Counted from the first letter of the stretch, positions 32,079 through 41,677 are shown. The stretch: DNA of 64,000 nucleotides from an uncultured Actinomycetota bacterium (GCA_963697675.1 CAVOOW010000011.1:9675-73674); one strand, 5' to 3'. Translations and numbers: made by a program. Notes: generated by a model from the letters alone, not told the origin.

Positions 32079-32305
32079 GCAGCAGGAGCGCGGCCCGTCC
32101 GTCGGGTGGCGCTGTCCCGCCGCGTTTGATATGCGGTACGCGCGAGCGGTGATCCCGCGCGTTGATATGGCGGGGTACGAACGATCCCGCTGCCGGGTGT
32201 CGAGGTCGGCTATCCCCGCTGCAATGTGAGGTCGCCGGGCCGGCATGGGTCCTGAAATCCATGATTTCACTGGCCAGACAAAGCGAGAATCAGTAGCATG
32301 ACAAC

Positions 32306-32671
32306 GTGTCAACACTGTTGTCAGTGAATGGGCGAGAGTCGCGTGGCGACCGAGGAGACGGCCGGCCCCGCCGCATCCGCACAGGGGACATCGTCGCGCT
32401 GCGGAAGGCCGTCGACCTCGCCCTGGATCACGCCAGCTCACGGAGTACCCCGAGGGACAGGGCTCGCGCGCAGGCCGCGCTCCTGACGCTGCTGCAAGAC
32501 ATGGTCGTCAGCGTCGCCGCAGAGCGTGACAAGGCACTTGCCGAGATGCTCGTCACCCAACCAGATGCGTCGAACCGCTCGCTTGCCAGGCAGCTGAACT
32601 TGTCCCGGCAACGCGTTGACCAGCTAAAACGCCATATCCTGGCTGGCGGCCGACACCCCGGCCAGCCCTGA
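32306..32671 (+). CDS. Small protein with C-terminal HTH
   Basis: AERDKALAEML..DASNRSLARQLNLSRQRVDQL; GTG lies 6 nt after TAGCAT (possibly leaderless). Confidence 0.65.
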   Translation: MSTLLSVNGRESRGDRGDGRPRRIRTGDIVALRKAVDLALDHASSRSTPRDRARAQAALLTLLQDMVVSVAAERDKALAEMLVTQPDASNRSLARQLNLSRQRVDQLKRHILAGGRHPGQP

Positions 32672-32801
32672 GCGGCCAGCCCTGAGCCAGTCCTGAGCGG
32701 CCGGCCCTGAGCCGGTCCTGAGCGGCCGGCCCTGAGCCGGTCCTGAGCGGCCGGCCCTGAGCCGGTCCTGAGCGGCCGGCCCTGAGCCGGTCCTGAGCGG
32801 C
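32660..32801. repeat. 25-bp tandem repeat (about 5.6 copies)
   Basis: Unit CCTGAGCGGCCGGCCCTGAGCCGGT starts at 32667, 32692, 32717, 32742, 32767 and 32792 (partial); no spacers. Confidence 0.95.
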
Positions 32802-32902
32802 GCTCCTTGAGATCGCACCGCGGATCCTTCACGAGTGCCCGCGCCCTGTGGGCGCCTCGGCTTGACGTCGGCGCCGGCCGATTGCCGACTCCGCCACACG
32901 GA

Positions 32903-33002
32903 GCGTGCTCGCAGACTTACGTTCCGGGTGAGTCCGCGGGAACCCGCTCGGGCGACGAGTTCGAGCCCTCGCCGGCAACTCGGCGTAGACAGGAGTGCAC
33001 GC
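32903..33002 (+). ncRNA. Candidate structured RNA/cis-regulatory element
   Basis: Closing stem GCGTGC/GCACGC encloses three hairpins (32914-32934, 32946-32966, 32970-32985) and lies next to an AGGAG SD; no family recognised. Confidence 0.3.
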
Positions 33003-33080
33003 ATGGCTAGCCCGCTTGACAATCGATCATGACAGGTCTTGACTGCGGGGGTCATACCTCTTTTGTCATGAGGAGTCCTC

Positions 33081-33218
33081 ATGCGTGTCATCACCCGGAT
33101 CGCTGTGCGGGTCATCGTGCTCACTGCCCTCGCGGCGGCGCTCGTCTTCTCCGGGACGTCCGGAGACTCGATGGACAGGCACACACAGCTCGTCAAGAAC
33201 CCGCCGAGCTGCTGCTGA
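33081..33218 (+). CDS. 45-aa secreted peptide ending in Cys-Cys (candidate signalling-peptide precursor)
   Basis: AGGAG RBS at 33071; MRVITRIAVRVIVLTALAAALVFSGTSGDSMDRHTQLVKNPPSCC*; basic N-region, hydrophobic core, polar tail; below the ORF-track cutoff. Confidence 0.75.
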   Translation: MRVITRIAVRVIVLTALAAALVFSGTSGDSMDRHTQLVKNPPSCC

Positions 33219-33318
33219 GCGCACGCTCGATAGAGGTCTGCGCCGCCCGAAACCGGGGTTCCGCCGGCCGCCGAGGCGTTGATACCGAAACGACTGGGCG
33301 GTCGACGTCACGTGCCTG

Positions 33319-33588
33319 CTAGTTCTCGATCCGCTGTTCCAGTCGGATGGTGACGTCGTCGCCTGTCTGCTTGCCGATCGCGTTGCGGATGTCGGCTTTC
33401 ACCGGCAGCTTGTGCCACCCGTCTCCCGCAGCCATGATCGAGCTCCGGAACGCCAGGCCGTCGATGGTGCCGCGAACCTTGACGAGGCCACTGGCGCCGA
33501 AGTACGTCATGGAGTCGGGCCAGACCACGTAGGTCCAGCCGCCCTTGTCGGGGCTCTTCTGCAGCGTCGCGGTGAACTGCTTGACCAT
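33319..33588 (-). CDS. DUF1905 domain protein
   Basis: FTATLQKSPDKGGWTYV, VKVRGTIDG, HKLPVKADIRNAIGK. Confidence 0.85.
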   Translation of the reverse strand: MVKQFTATLQKSPDKGGWTYVVWPDSMTYFGASGLVKVRGTIDGLAFRSSIMAAGDGWHKLPVKADIRNAIGKQTGDDVTIRLEQRIEN

Positions 33589-33845
33589 GACGGTTTCCTC
33601 CTCGCCGAACCTGTGCCAACTACGACCTTGGGGCGCCGAGAAAGTCATCGGAGGCCGTCGCGGGTCATCTCGTAGTTCTCGGCATAGGCCGCTGTCGACG
33701 GCACGCGAAGCTGTTCAGACAGCACGCGAAATGCCCGGACGATCGACGGATATCGACGCGACGTTGGCCGCCGATCCGTGGATCATGCAAGGGATCTTTT
33801 CGGCCCCAAAACGCCATCAATCAAGACCACCGGAGACCCGCACCG

Positions 33846-34237
33846 ATGACTCTCGAGCTCATCAATCCAGAGGAGCTACCCACACCCGAGTCCTACACCC
33901 AGGTCATCGCCGCGACCGGGCGCCGGCTGGTGTCCTCGCCGGACAGGTGGCCGACGACGCGCAAGGCAACCTGGTCGCTCGTGGCGACCTGCCTGCGCAG
34001 GCTCGTCAGGCGTTCGGCAACGTCGGCCAGGCCCTCGCCGCTGCCGGGGCGACGCCAGAGCAGACGACAAGGATCACGATCTGCGTCGTCCACCACCGGC
34101 CCGAGTATCTGCCAGATATCTTGAAGGCCCGGGTGGCGGTGTTCGGTGACCACAAGCCCGCGGACACGTTGGGCGGCGTGGAGACCTTGGCCGAGCCTGG
34201 CTACCTGATCGAGGTTGACGCGATCGCCGTTTGTTGA
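33846..34237 (+). CDS. RidA/YjgF family protein (frameshift near 33935)
   Basis: INPEELPTPESYTQV + LAGQVADD..QARQAFGNV..YLIEVDAIAV. Confidence 0.85.
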
Positions 34238-34455
34238 CGCTGATCGAGCGAGATCGCGTCGGACGAAGAAGCGTAGGGTTCAACGTGATCGTTCTATGCC
34301 CGGTCTCGTCACAATTTCAAGATCGCCAACGTCACACCAGGCGAGGCGGAAATGAAGAGCGCTGCCGACCGGTTGGCGGAATAGTGGAACGGCTGAGAAC
34401 CAGCCCCGCAGCAGCACGCTAAGCACGAGCACAAGCACCGAGGAGAGTCGCGCGC

Positions 34456-36000
34456 ATGTCCACGGTTGAGACCCCGAAGTATCCAGAGAACATCGACGCG
34501 GCCGTCCTCAAGATCGCCGGGGTCGTCGTCCTCGGCGCAATCATGTCAATCCTGGACATAACGGTCGTCAACGTCGCTCTGCCGACGTTCCAGACCGAGT
34601 TCGGGACCGCCGAGGACCCGATCGCGTACTCGCACGTGGCGTGGACGGTCACCGCCTACACCCTCGCCCTCGCGACGGTCATCCCGATGACGGGCTGGGC
34701 CGCGGACCGGTTCGGCACCAAGCGCCTCTACCTGACCGCGGTCGGCCTGTTCACCGCCGGCTCGATCCTGTGCGCCACCGCCACGTCGATCAACATGCTG
34801 ATCCTGTTCCGGGTCTTCCAGGGCCTGGGTGGCGGCATGCTGATGCCGCTCGGCATGACGATCATGACGAGGGCAGCCGGTCCAAAGCGGATGGGTCGCC
34901 TGATGGCCATCCTGGGCGTGCCGATGCTGCTCGGTCCCATCCTCGGACCGATCCTCGGAGGCTGGCTCATCGACAACGCCAGCTGGCACTGGATCTTCCT
35001 CATCAACGTCCCGATCGGCGTCATCGCACTGATCTACGCGTTCGTCGTTCTGCCGACGGACGCGCCAGAGCCCTCGGAGTCGTTCGACTTCGTCGGAGTG
35101 CTGCTGCTCTCGCCCGGACTCGCGTTGTTCCTGTTCGGTGTCTCCAGCCTGCCGCAAGAGGGAGGCGACTTCAGCGCGCCACGGGTGTGGCTCTCGATGC
35201 TCGTCGGGGTCCTCCTGATGCTGACCTTCGTCTGGCACGCGTTCCGTCCCGAGCACCCGCTTCTGGACCTCAGACTGTTCAAGAACCGCAACCTGACAGT
35301 CACGACGATCACGATGTTCATGTTCGCGGCCGCGTTCTTCGGCGGGCTGCTGCTGGTCCCGACCTACTTCCAGGAGATCCGCGGTGAGTCGACCCTCGCC
35401 GCCGGACTTCTCATCGCGCCGCAAGGGATCGGGGCGATGATCACGATGCCGATCGCAGGGACCCTGGTCGACAAGTTCCCGGTCGGTCGCATCGTCCCGT
35501 TCGGCCTAGCGCTCATCGCAATCGGCTTCCTGGGGCTCACGCAGATCGAGGCGGACACTCCGTACAGCCTCCTGATCGGGTTGTTGTTCGTCATGGGTCT
35601 GGGCATGGGCGGGACGATGATGCCGCTGTTCACCACTGCGCTGAGGACACTGACTCACCACGAGGTGGCGCGTGGGTCCACCCTTCTCAACATCACTCAG
35701 CAGATCGCCAGTTCGGTCGGTGTTGCAGTCATCTCCGTCGTGCTGACCAACAACCTCCAGGACAACCCCCTCTCGCTGCCGGCGATCGCCGCGCAGAAGG
35801 ATCCCGCCTTGGCTGACCAGCTTGGCCCGCTTGCGGTCTCCAGGGGACTCGTCACGGCCGCCGAAGCCTTCGCGAGCACCTACTGGGTGCCGACGGTCCT
35901 TGTGCTGCTCACCTTCATCCCGGTCTATTTCCTGCCCCGCAAGCGCGAAGTGACGCACCTGCTCGACGACGAAGGCGTGCCACCAGTGGTCGTGCACTGA
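34456..36000 (+). CDS. DHA2 (EmrB/QacA) MFS efflux transporter
   Basis: ILDITVVNVALP, GWAADRFGTKR, WHWIFLINVPIG, HPLLDLRLF; about 14 TMs. Confidence 0.92.
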   Translation: MSTVETPKYPENIDAAVLKIAGVVVLGAIMSILDITVVNVALPTFQTEFGTAEDPIAYSHVAWTVTAYTLALATVIPMTGWAADRFGTKRLYLTAVGLFTAGSILCATATSINMLILFRVFQGLGGGMLMPLGMTIMTRAAGPKRMGRLMAILGVPMLLGPILGPILGGWLIDNASWHWIFLINVPIGVIALIYAFVVLPTDAPEPSESFDFVGVLLLSPGLALFLFGVSSLPQEGGDFSAPRVWLSMLVGVLLMLTFVWHAFRPEHPLLDLRLFKNRNLTVTTITMFMFAAAFFGGLLLVPTYFQEIRGESTLAAGLLIAPQGIGAMITMPIAGTLVDKFPVGRIVPFGLALIAIGFLGLTQIEADTPYSLLIGLLFVMGLGMGGTMMPLFTTALRTLTHHEVARGSTLLNITQQIASSVGVAVISVVLTNNLQDNPLSLPAIAAQKDPALADQLGPLAVSRGLVTAAEAFASTYWVPTVLVLLTFIPVYFLPRKREVTHLLDDEGVPPVVVH

Positions 36001-36047
36001 GCGCCGCCATACCTGCTAGGCGTTTAGGGGGCGAGGGCTGGCTCCGG

Positions 36048-36827
36048 TCAGGTTGCCGTCCTGTGTCGGAACAGCCATGCTGCGGCGACGCTTGACGCAA
36101 CGAGGATCGCCAAGCAGTAGGCGACAGCAATCCACGCCACAGTGCCGACGGTGGCGCCGGTCGACGTGTGTCCCATCCACAGTCCGCGCATGGTCTCCAC
36201 GATCGGCGTGAACGGCTGGTGCTCGGCGAAGCCGCGCAGCACCGCCGGCATGGTGTGTGCGGGCACGAACGCGGTGCTGATGTAGGGGATGAACATCAGG
36301 ACGATCGTGAAGGAGTTTGCGGCCTCTGCACTGCGGGCGAGCAGGCCGACCGCGGCTGCGAGCCAGGACAGGGCGAGGGCGAACACCACGATCATCGCCG
36401 CGGCTGCGAACCATTCGACGGCCGATGCGGTGGGTCGCCAGCCGATCGCGAGGCCGACGCAGATCACCAGCGTGGTCGCGACGATGTTGCGGGCGAGGCT
36501 TGCCACGATATGGCCGAGCAGGATCGACGAGCCCTTGATGGGCATCGATCGGAACCTTTCCACGATGCCGTTGCTCATGTCAGTGGCGACGGCGACCGCG
36601 GTGGTGCCTGCCCCGAACCCGGCGCACAGCACGATCAGGCCCGGCACCACGTAGTCGACGTAGGCACCGCCGGTGTTGAGGGCGCCGCCGAACACGTAGA
36701 CGAACAGCAACATCAGCACGATCGGCAGCAGCAGGGCGGTGAAGAACGCCTCCGAGTCGCGCAGTGACCGCCGGATGCAGCGCTTGATCATGACGCGCGA
36801 GTCGGTGACCGTGTAAGTGAGGCTCAT
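36048..36827 (-). CDS. ABC-2 type permease (DrrB-like)
   Basis: LLPIVLMLLFVYVFGG, YVDYVVPG, VERFRSMP, AEHQPFT. Confidence 0.9.
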   Translation of the reverse strand: MSLTYTVTDSRVMIKRCIRRSLRDSEAFFTALLLPIVLMLLFVYVFGGALNTGGAYVDYVVPGLIVLCAGFGAGTTAVAVATDMSNGIVERFRSMPIKGSSILLGHIVASLARNIVATTLVICVGLAIGWRPTASAVEWFAAAAMIVVFALALSWLAAAVGLLARSAEAANSFTIVLMFIPYISTAFVPAHTMPAVLRGFAEHQPFTPIVETMRGLWMGHTSTGATVGTVAWIAVAYCLAILVASSVAAAWLFRHRTAT

Positions 36828-37781
36828 CGGGCCATCTCCTTGGATTCGTTGCGGATGGGACCACCGGCGCCCGGTCAGGGACAGGAACACGTCGTCCAGG
36901 CTTGGGCGATGCGTTGACACCTTGACCGCCGGCGCCCCGGCGTCCCCCAGACGAGTGAGCATCTCCAGCACCTCGGCGGCCGAGCCCTCCGTCGCCACCT
37001 CGATGGTGCGCAGGCGCTGGTCGGTGTGGGTTGCCTCGAGACACGAGAGCGCTCCTGCAAAACTCAAGTCGTCGGCGAACTGCAGCCGCACCACTTCTGC
37101 ACCGAGACTTGCCTTCAACTCATCAGGATTGCCTCGTGCGACGACCTGCCCGCCGTCGAGCATCACGATCATGTCGGCGAGCTGGTCGGCCTCCTCCAGG
37201 TACTGCGTCGTGAGCAGCACGGTGACACCGTCGTCCACGATGCGGCGCACGGTGCTCCACAACTGCTCCCGGCTGCGCGGGTCCAACCCGGTCGTCGGTT
37301 CGTCCAGGAACACCAGTGGCGGCTTCTCGATCATGCTGATCGCCAGGTCCAGGCGGCGTTTCATGCCACCGGAGTACGTGCCCACCCGCCGGTTGCGCGC
37401 GTCGACCAGATCGAACTCCGCCAGCAGCTCGGCAGTCCGCGCCTGCACTGCACGCCGCGGAAGGTGCAGGAGCTGCGCCATCATCTCCAGGTTCTCCTGC
37501 CCGGTGAGCACCTCGTCCACGGCGGCGTGCTGGCCGGTGAGGCTGATGGAACGCTTGACGCCGATCGGGTCGGAGCGCAGATCGTGGCCGGCGATCATCG
37601 CCGTGCCCGCGTCCGGGCGCACGAGCGTGGCGAGGATCCGCACCATGGTGGTCTTGCCGGCCCCGTTCGGGCCGAGCAGCGCCAGGACCGACCCGGTCTC
37701 TACAGCGAGGTCGACGTGGTCGAGCACGACCTGGTCCCCGAACGTCTTGCAGATGCCAGTAGCAACAACTGTGTATGTCAT
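36824..37781 (-). CDS. ABC transporter ATP-binding protein (DrrA-like)
   Basis: GPNGAGKTT, YSGGMKRRLD, FLDEPTTGLDP, PSLDDVFL; read-through into the permease is probably an indel. Confidence 0.9.
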
Positions 37782-37814
37782 ACACGAAAAGTATCCGCCG
37801 TACACAGTTATAGT
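37767..37814. promoter_or_regulatory. Divergent leaderless promoters and TetR operator
   Basis: AACTGTGTA..TACACAGTT inverted repeat and GTGTATG-T-CATACAC palindrome; TATAGT 6 nt before the tetR GTG and TACTTT 6 nt before the ABC ATG. Confidence 0.65.
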
Positions 37815-37820
37815 CAAGGG

Positions 37821-38615
37821 GTGCCGCAAAGACGTGAGGGCAAGGGCGACCCGCCGCTGCCTCCTGGGCTCGATCTGTTGTGGGGCCGGCGCGAGGCCGG
37901 TCAGCGCGGTCCGAAGCGCGGCTTGTCGGTCGACGCAATCGTCGGGGCTGCGATCGAGGTGGGCGACGCGGAGGGCCTGGGTGCGGTCTCGATGGCCCGC
38001 GTCGCGAAGGAGCTCGGCTTCACGACGATGTCGCTCTACCGCTACGTCACCAGCAAGGACGAGCTCCTCCAGCTGATGTGGAACGCAAGCGCACAAGGCG
38101 CCGAGGAACTGGTGCTGGAAGGTGACGGCTGGCGGCCCCGACTGCGGATGTGGGCGACGATCCAGCGGGAGATGATCGATCGTCATCCCTGGATCACCCA
38201 GATGCCGATGGCCGCGCCGCCGCTCGCGCCGAACTCCCTGACCTTCGTCGAACGCGGCCTCGAGACCCTCGACGAGACCGGCCTGACGGACAGCGACAAG
38301 CTGCGAGTGATCGGGTTGCTCAGCTCCTACACCCTCAGCGAGGCTCGCATGGCGCACGACGCTGCGCGCGCAGCCGCTGAGGCGGCATCCGGTGGAGGCA
38401 AGACAGCTTGGTCTTTCGAGGCGCTACTGCGCGAGCTCGTCGACGAACAAACGTATCCGCTGCTTCATCAGATCGCCTGGTCCGCCGAGATCGGCGGCAA
38501 CCCCTCCGGCTTCGATGAGCACGAAGAGTTCATGTTCGGAGTGGACCGCATCCTCGACGGCACGCAGGTCCTCATCGACCAGGTTCGAAAAAGCAAGCGC
38601 AGGCCGAGGAAATAG
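37821..38615 (+). CDS. TetR/AcrR family regulator
   Basis: RGPKRGLSVDAIV..GLGAVSMARVAKELGFTTMSLYRYVTSKDEL; TetR_C-like FMFGVDRILDG. Confidence 0.92.
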   Translation: MPQRREGKGDPPLPPGLDLLWGRREAGQRGPKRGLSVDAIVGAAIEVGDAEGLGAVSMARVAKELGFTTMSLYRYVTSKDELLQLMWNASAQGAEELVLEGDGWRPRLRMWATIQREMIDRHPWITQMPMAAPPLAPNSLTFVERGLETLDETGLTDSDKLRVIGLLSSYTLSEARMAHDAARAAAEAASGGGKTAWSFEALLRELVDEQTYPLLHQIAWSAEIGGNPSGFDEHEEFMFGVDRILDGTQVLIDQVRKSKRRPRK

Positions 38616-39394
38616 CTAGCACAGGTGCAGCCACCAGGTGATCCCCTCGCCGATCTGAGTGAAGCCGCGTGCGCTGTAGAGCAGCTTGCCCTCGGGGGTG
38701 GCGTTCAGGACTGCGTGCCGTGCGCCAGCATCCCTGGCCGCCGAACACACAGCGTGCAACAGACCCGTGCCGAGACCACGGCGGCGGAACGGCTCCCACA
38801 CATCCATGTCGAAGACCCCCGCGAACTCGTCGTCGCGAGGAAAGACCACGCACGACCGGCGAAGCGAGATCGGCCGCCGGCTGACTGTCGGGGGTGCGTG
38901 TAGGCCGCCGCGTACCACGCGAAGGCGGGATCGTGCCTGGTCAGTGCAAGCTGCTCGCCGTACGCAGCGTGCTCCCCGCCATAGTCGCTGCTCTCTTGCT
39001 GCAGCTCGACGCGGGGATCCGCGGGGCCGGCCACGTACGGGAGCGATGCCGTCATCCACCAGGGCGACCAACCTCGCTCGAAGCCGGCCTCCGCCAGCGG
39101 GGTTGGATCGACGTCCAGCCCGAGCCAGGCTCCGACGATCGGCCGGCCGAGATCGCGCGCGCGGTCGGCACCGCGGCGCACCGCCGCAGTCGTCAGCTGC
39201 TTGGGAAACATCAGGTTCTGGCCGTCCGGCCCGTCGGTCCAGGTCAGCGGACCGTCGGTCCAGACGTCGCCGCCGGCTTCACGCGCACGGCTTACGTACC
39301 AATGCGTCTGCACGCGTTCGCAGTCACTGACCGTCGCTGCCGGCCCCGCGTTGACCCCACGTACCAAGTATCGTCTGGCGCCTCGCCGACGCAC
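38616..39394 (-). CDS. GNAT family N-acetyltransferase (frameshifted; start uncertain)
   Basis: AGVFDMDVWEPFRRRGLGTGLL..VLNATPEGKLLYSARGF. Confidence 0.8.
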
Positions 39395-39411
39395 TGAATA
39401 GGTTCACAAGG

Positions 39412-40251
39412 GTGGTCAACAAGTTCTGGGCACCGGATGACGCGATGACGGGCACCGCCGACGGTTGGCGCACCCATCGAGGCGGGGTGCTGACCGCCCA
39501 CAGCGCTCACCTGGAGATGAACAGCGTCGCGTTGCCCGTCGCGCCCGACACCTGCGTTCTCGTCGACCCGGGCGTTACGAGTGCCGAGATCGCCGACCTC
39601 CTCGCCGGCTTACGGCATCGAGGACTGGAGCTCGTCGCCGTCCTGCACACGCACGCGCACTGGGACCATCTGCTCTGGCCACCCGGGTTGGCGTCCGACG
39701 TGCCCCGCTGGGCCAGCAGCGCGTGCATCGAAACGGCCTTGCGCAATCCGTCGCCCTCAGAGAACAGGCGGCCGCCGATGTCGGGCCGTCAGAAGCCGCA
39801 GAGCCTGCTGTCCGAGCTCGACCGCCTGCGAGCACTGCCCGCAGACGGCAGTGTGCCGGGCGTCCCGCAACTCTCGGTCGTTGAGCACCAGGCGCACACT
39901 CGCGGCCACATCGCCGTCCTGCACGAACCGAGCGGGACCCTGTGTGCCGGCGACATGCTCAGCGACATCGAGATTCCACTTCCCGACGGTGAGGGCGCGG
40001 GGGATGACGCGTGGGACGTCGCTGCATACATGGACGGGCTCGACGCATTGCAGCCTCTCGTCGACCGGGCCGCACTTGTCGTTCCCGGGCACGGCAACCC
40101 AGGAAACGATGCGGCAGCCCGGTTGGCGAACGACCGCGCGTACCTCGAAGGGGTGCTTGCGCACCGCGACATCGTCGATATCCGCCTGGCTGAGGACAGC
40201 AACCGGGTGATTCATCTCGAGCTGAAGAGCTGGGCCGACGCCCATCCCTGA
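39412..40251 (+). CDS. Metallo-beta-lactamase fold hydrolase
   Basis: LVDPG, THAHWDH, AHTRGH, AGDMLSD, VPGHG. Confidence 0.88.
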   Translation: MVNKFWAPDDAMTGTADGWRTHRGGVLTAHSAHLEMNSVALPVAPDTCVLVDPGVTSAEIADLLAGLRHRGLELVAVLHTHAHWDHLLWPPGLASDVPRWASSACIETALRNPSPSENRRPPMSGRQKPQSLLSELDRLRALPADGSVPGVPQLSVVEHQAHTRGHIAVLHEPSGTLCAGDMLSDIEIPLPDGEGAGDDAWDVAAYMDGLDALQPLVDRAALVVPGHGNPGNDAAARLANDRAYLEGVLAHRDIVDIRLAEDSNRVIHLELKSWADAHP

Positions 40252-40342
40252 GGCCGGCGGCGGGGCGCGTCCCGACTGAGCGTGGGAGGACCAGAACCTA
40301 CCCGCCAGTAACCGTTGCAAATCGACACCCGAACCGATCTCA

Positions 40343-40356
40343 TTGGAGCGCTCCCA
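40343..40356. promoter_or_regulatory. CebR/CelR cellobiose operator
   Basis: TTGGAGCGCTCCCA has one mismatch to the actinobacterial TGGGAGCGCTCCCA box and lies directly upstream of a cellulase. Confidence 0.8.
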
Positions 40357-40398
40357 ACCTGCCCGACCGGTTCACGCACACAGTCCGACGAGGAGACG

Positions 40399-41658
40399 GT
40401 GATGATCACTTCCAGGCGCACTCGCCTCGCCCTCGCGGCCGCCACGGCCGTGCTCACGCTGGGCCAAGTCGCGACGATCCCAAGTGCTGCGGCAAGCGAG
40501 GCGAGCCCGCTCGCGCCGGACACGACCTTCTACACGCCACCGCCCTCCGCGGGCTCGCAGCACCAGATCCGTCACCTGATCAAGGCGCACCGCAACCACG
40601 CCGCCCAGCTGATCCGGGACATGGTCGGCACTCCGCAGGCCGTGTGGTTCACCAGCGGAACACCGAACGTGGTGAAGAAGAAAGCACGTGAGGCATCGCA
40701 GGCCGCCAAGCGCGCGCACGCCGTACCCACGCTGGTGATCTACAACGTGCCGGGCCGCGACTGCTCGCAGTACTCCTCGGGCGGCGCCGGCAGCGACGTC
40801 GCCTACGAGGCATGGGTCGACGGGTTCGCCGCGGGACTGCAAAAGGGTCAGAGATCCATCGTCATCGTCGAGCCGGACGGACTGGCCAACCTGCCCAGCG
40901 ACTGCCCGGCGGCCTACCCCGGACAGGACGTTGCGGCCCTCACCGCCGGCCGCATCGCCGACATCCGCTATGCAGGGGAGGCCATCAAGGCAGCCAATCC
41001 GGCAGCCCTGGTCTACCTCGACGCAGGTCACAGTGCATGGCACTCCGTCGGTGACATCGCGCAGCGCCTCGACCAGGCGGGCGTCCGGGACTTCCAGGGG
41101 TTCTCGGTGAACGTCTCGAACTACCAGCCGACGCCACAGCTGGAGCAGTACGGGAGCTGGATCGCGAAGTGCATCTACTACGCGAACAACGACGCGGAGG
41201 GCGGCTGGCGCCTGGGTCACTACGACTACTGCGCGAGCCAGTACTACCCCGCGACCGTCACCGACTACAGCACCTGGCACCTGACCGATGAGTGGTACGC
41301 GGCGAACGTCGACAGCGCAGCGAATCCGCCCACCAGCTCGGACCAGCTCGCCCACTTCGTCGTCGACACCAGCCGCAACGGACAAGGTCCGTGGACGACG
41401 ACGACGGCCTACCCGGACAAGCAGGACTGGTGCAACCCGCCCGGACGTGGCCTGGGGCTGCGACCCACCGCGGACACCGGTGCCGACCTCGTGGATGCCC
41501 TGCTGTGGATCAAGACGCCCGGCCAGTCCGACGGTCAGTGCAACCGCGGGATATCGGGAAGCACCACCGACCCGGAGTGGGGCGGCATCGTGGACCCGCC
41601 CGCCGGTTCGTGGTTCGCGCGGCAGGCACTACAGCTCGCCCAGCTGGCCGTGCCCTGA
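40399..41658 (+). CDS. Secreted glycoside hydrolase family 6 cellulase
   Basis: Signal peptide; YNVPGRDC, IVEPDGL, YLDAGHSAW, NVSNY, VDTSRNG, WCNPPGRGLG, WIKTPGQSDG. Confidence 0.93.
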   Translation: MMITSRRTRLALAAATAVLTLGQVATIPSAAASEASPLAPDTTFYTPPPSAGSQHQIRHLIKAHRNHAAQLIRDMVGTPQAVWFTSGTPNVVKKKAREASQAAKRAHAVPTLVIYNVPGRDCSQYSSGGAGSDVAYEAWVDGFAAGLQKGQRSIVIVEPDGLANLPSDCPAAYPGQDVAALTAGRIADIRYAGEAIKAANPAALVYLDAGHSAWHSVGDIAQRLDQAGVRDFQGFSVNVSNYQPTPQLEQYGSWIAKCIYYANNDAEGGWRLGHYDYCASQYYPATVTDYSTWHLTDEWYAANVDSAANPPTSSDQLAHFVVDTSRNGQGPWTTTTAYPDKQDWCNPPGRGLGLRPTADTGADLVDALLWIKTPGQSDGQCNRGISGSTTDPEWGGIVDPPAGSWFARQALQLAQLAVP

Positions 41659-41677
41659 CGACGCGGGGGCACCAGCT

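Noticed and set aside
32116..32229. Two imperfect CGCGTTGATATG(G)CGG..TACG..GATCCCGC repeats and a 32-codon ORF after the XRE-TPR gene
   Set aside because: Only two degenerate copies; the ORF has no RBS or signal peptide, so it is too weak to call
32660..32801. CRISPR array
   Set aside because: Contiguous tandem units with no unique spacers, and no cas genes in the window
28700..33300. Prophage or integrative element
   Set aside because: No integrase, structural gene, tRNA or flanking direct repeats seen
36048..38357. 769-aa ABC ATPase-permease fusion
   Set aside because: A one-base shift gives the normal ending GAGGPIRNESKEMAR* with ATGA overlap and an AAGGAG RBS; the 5' extension is antisense to tetR
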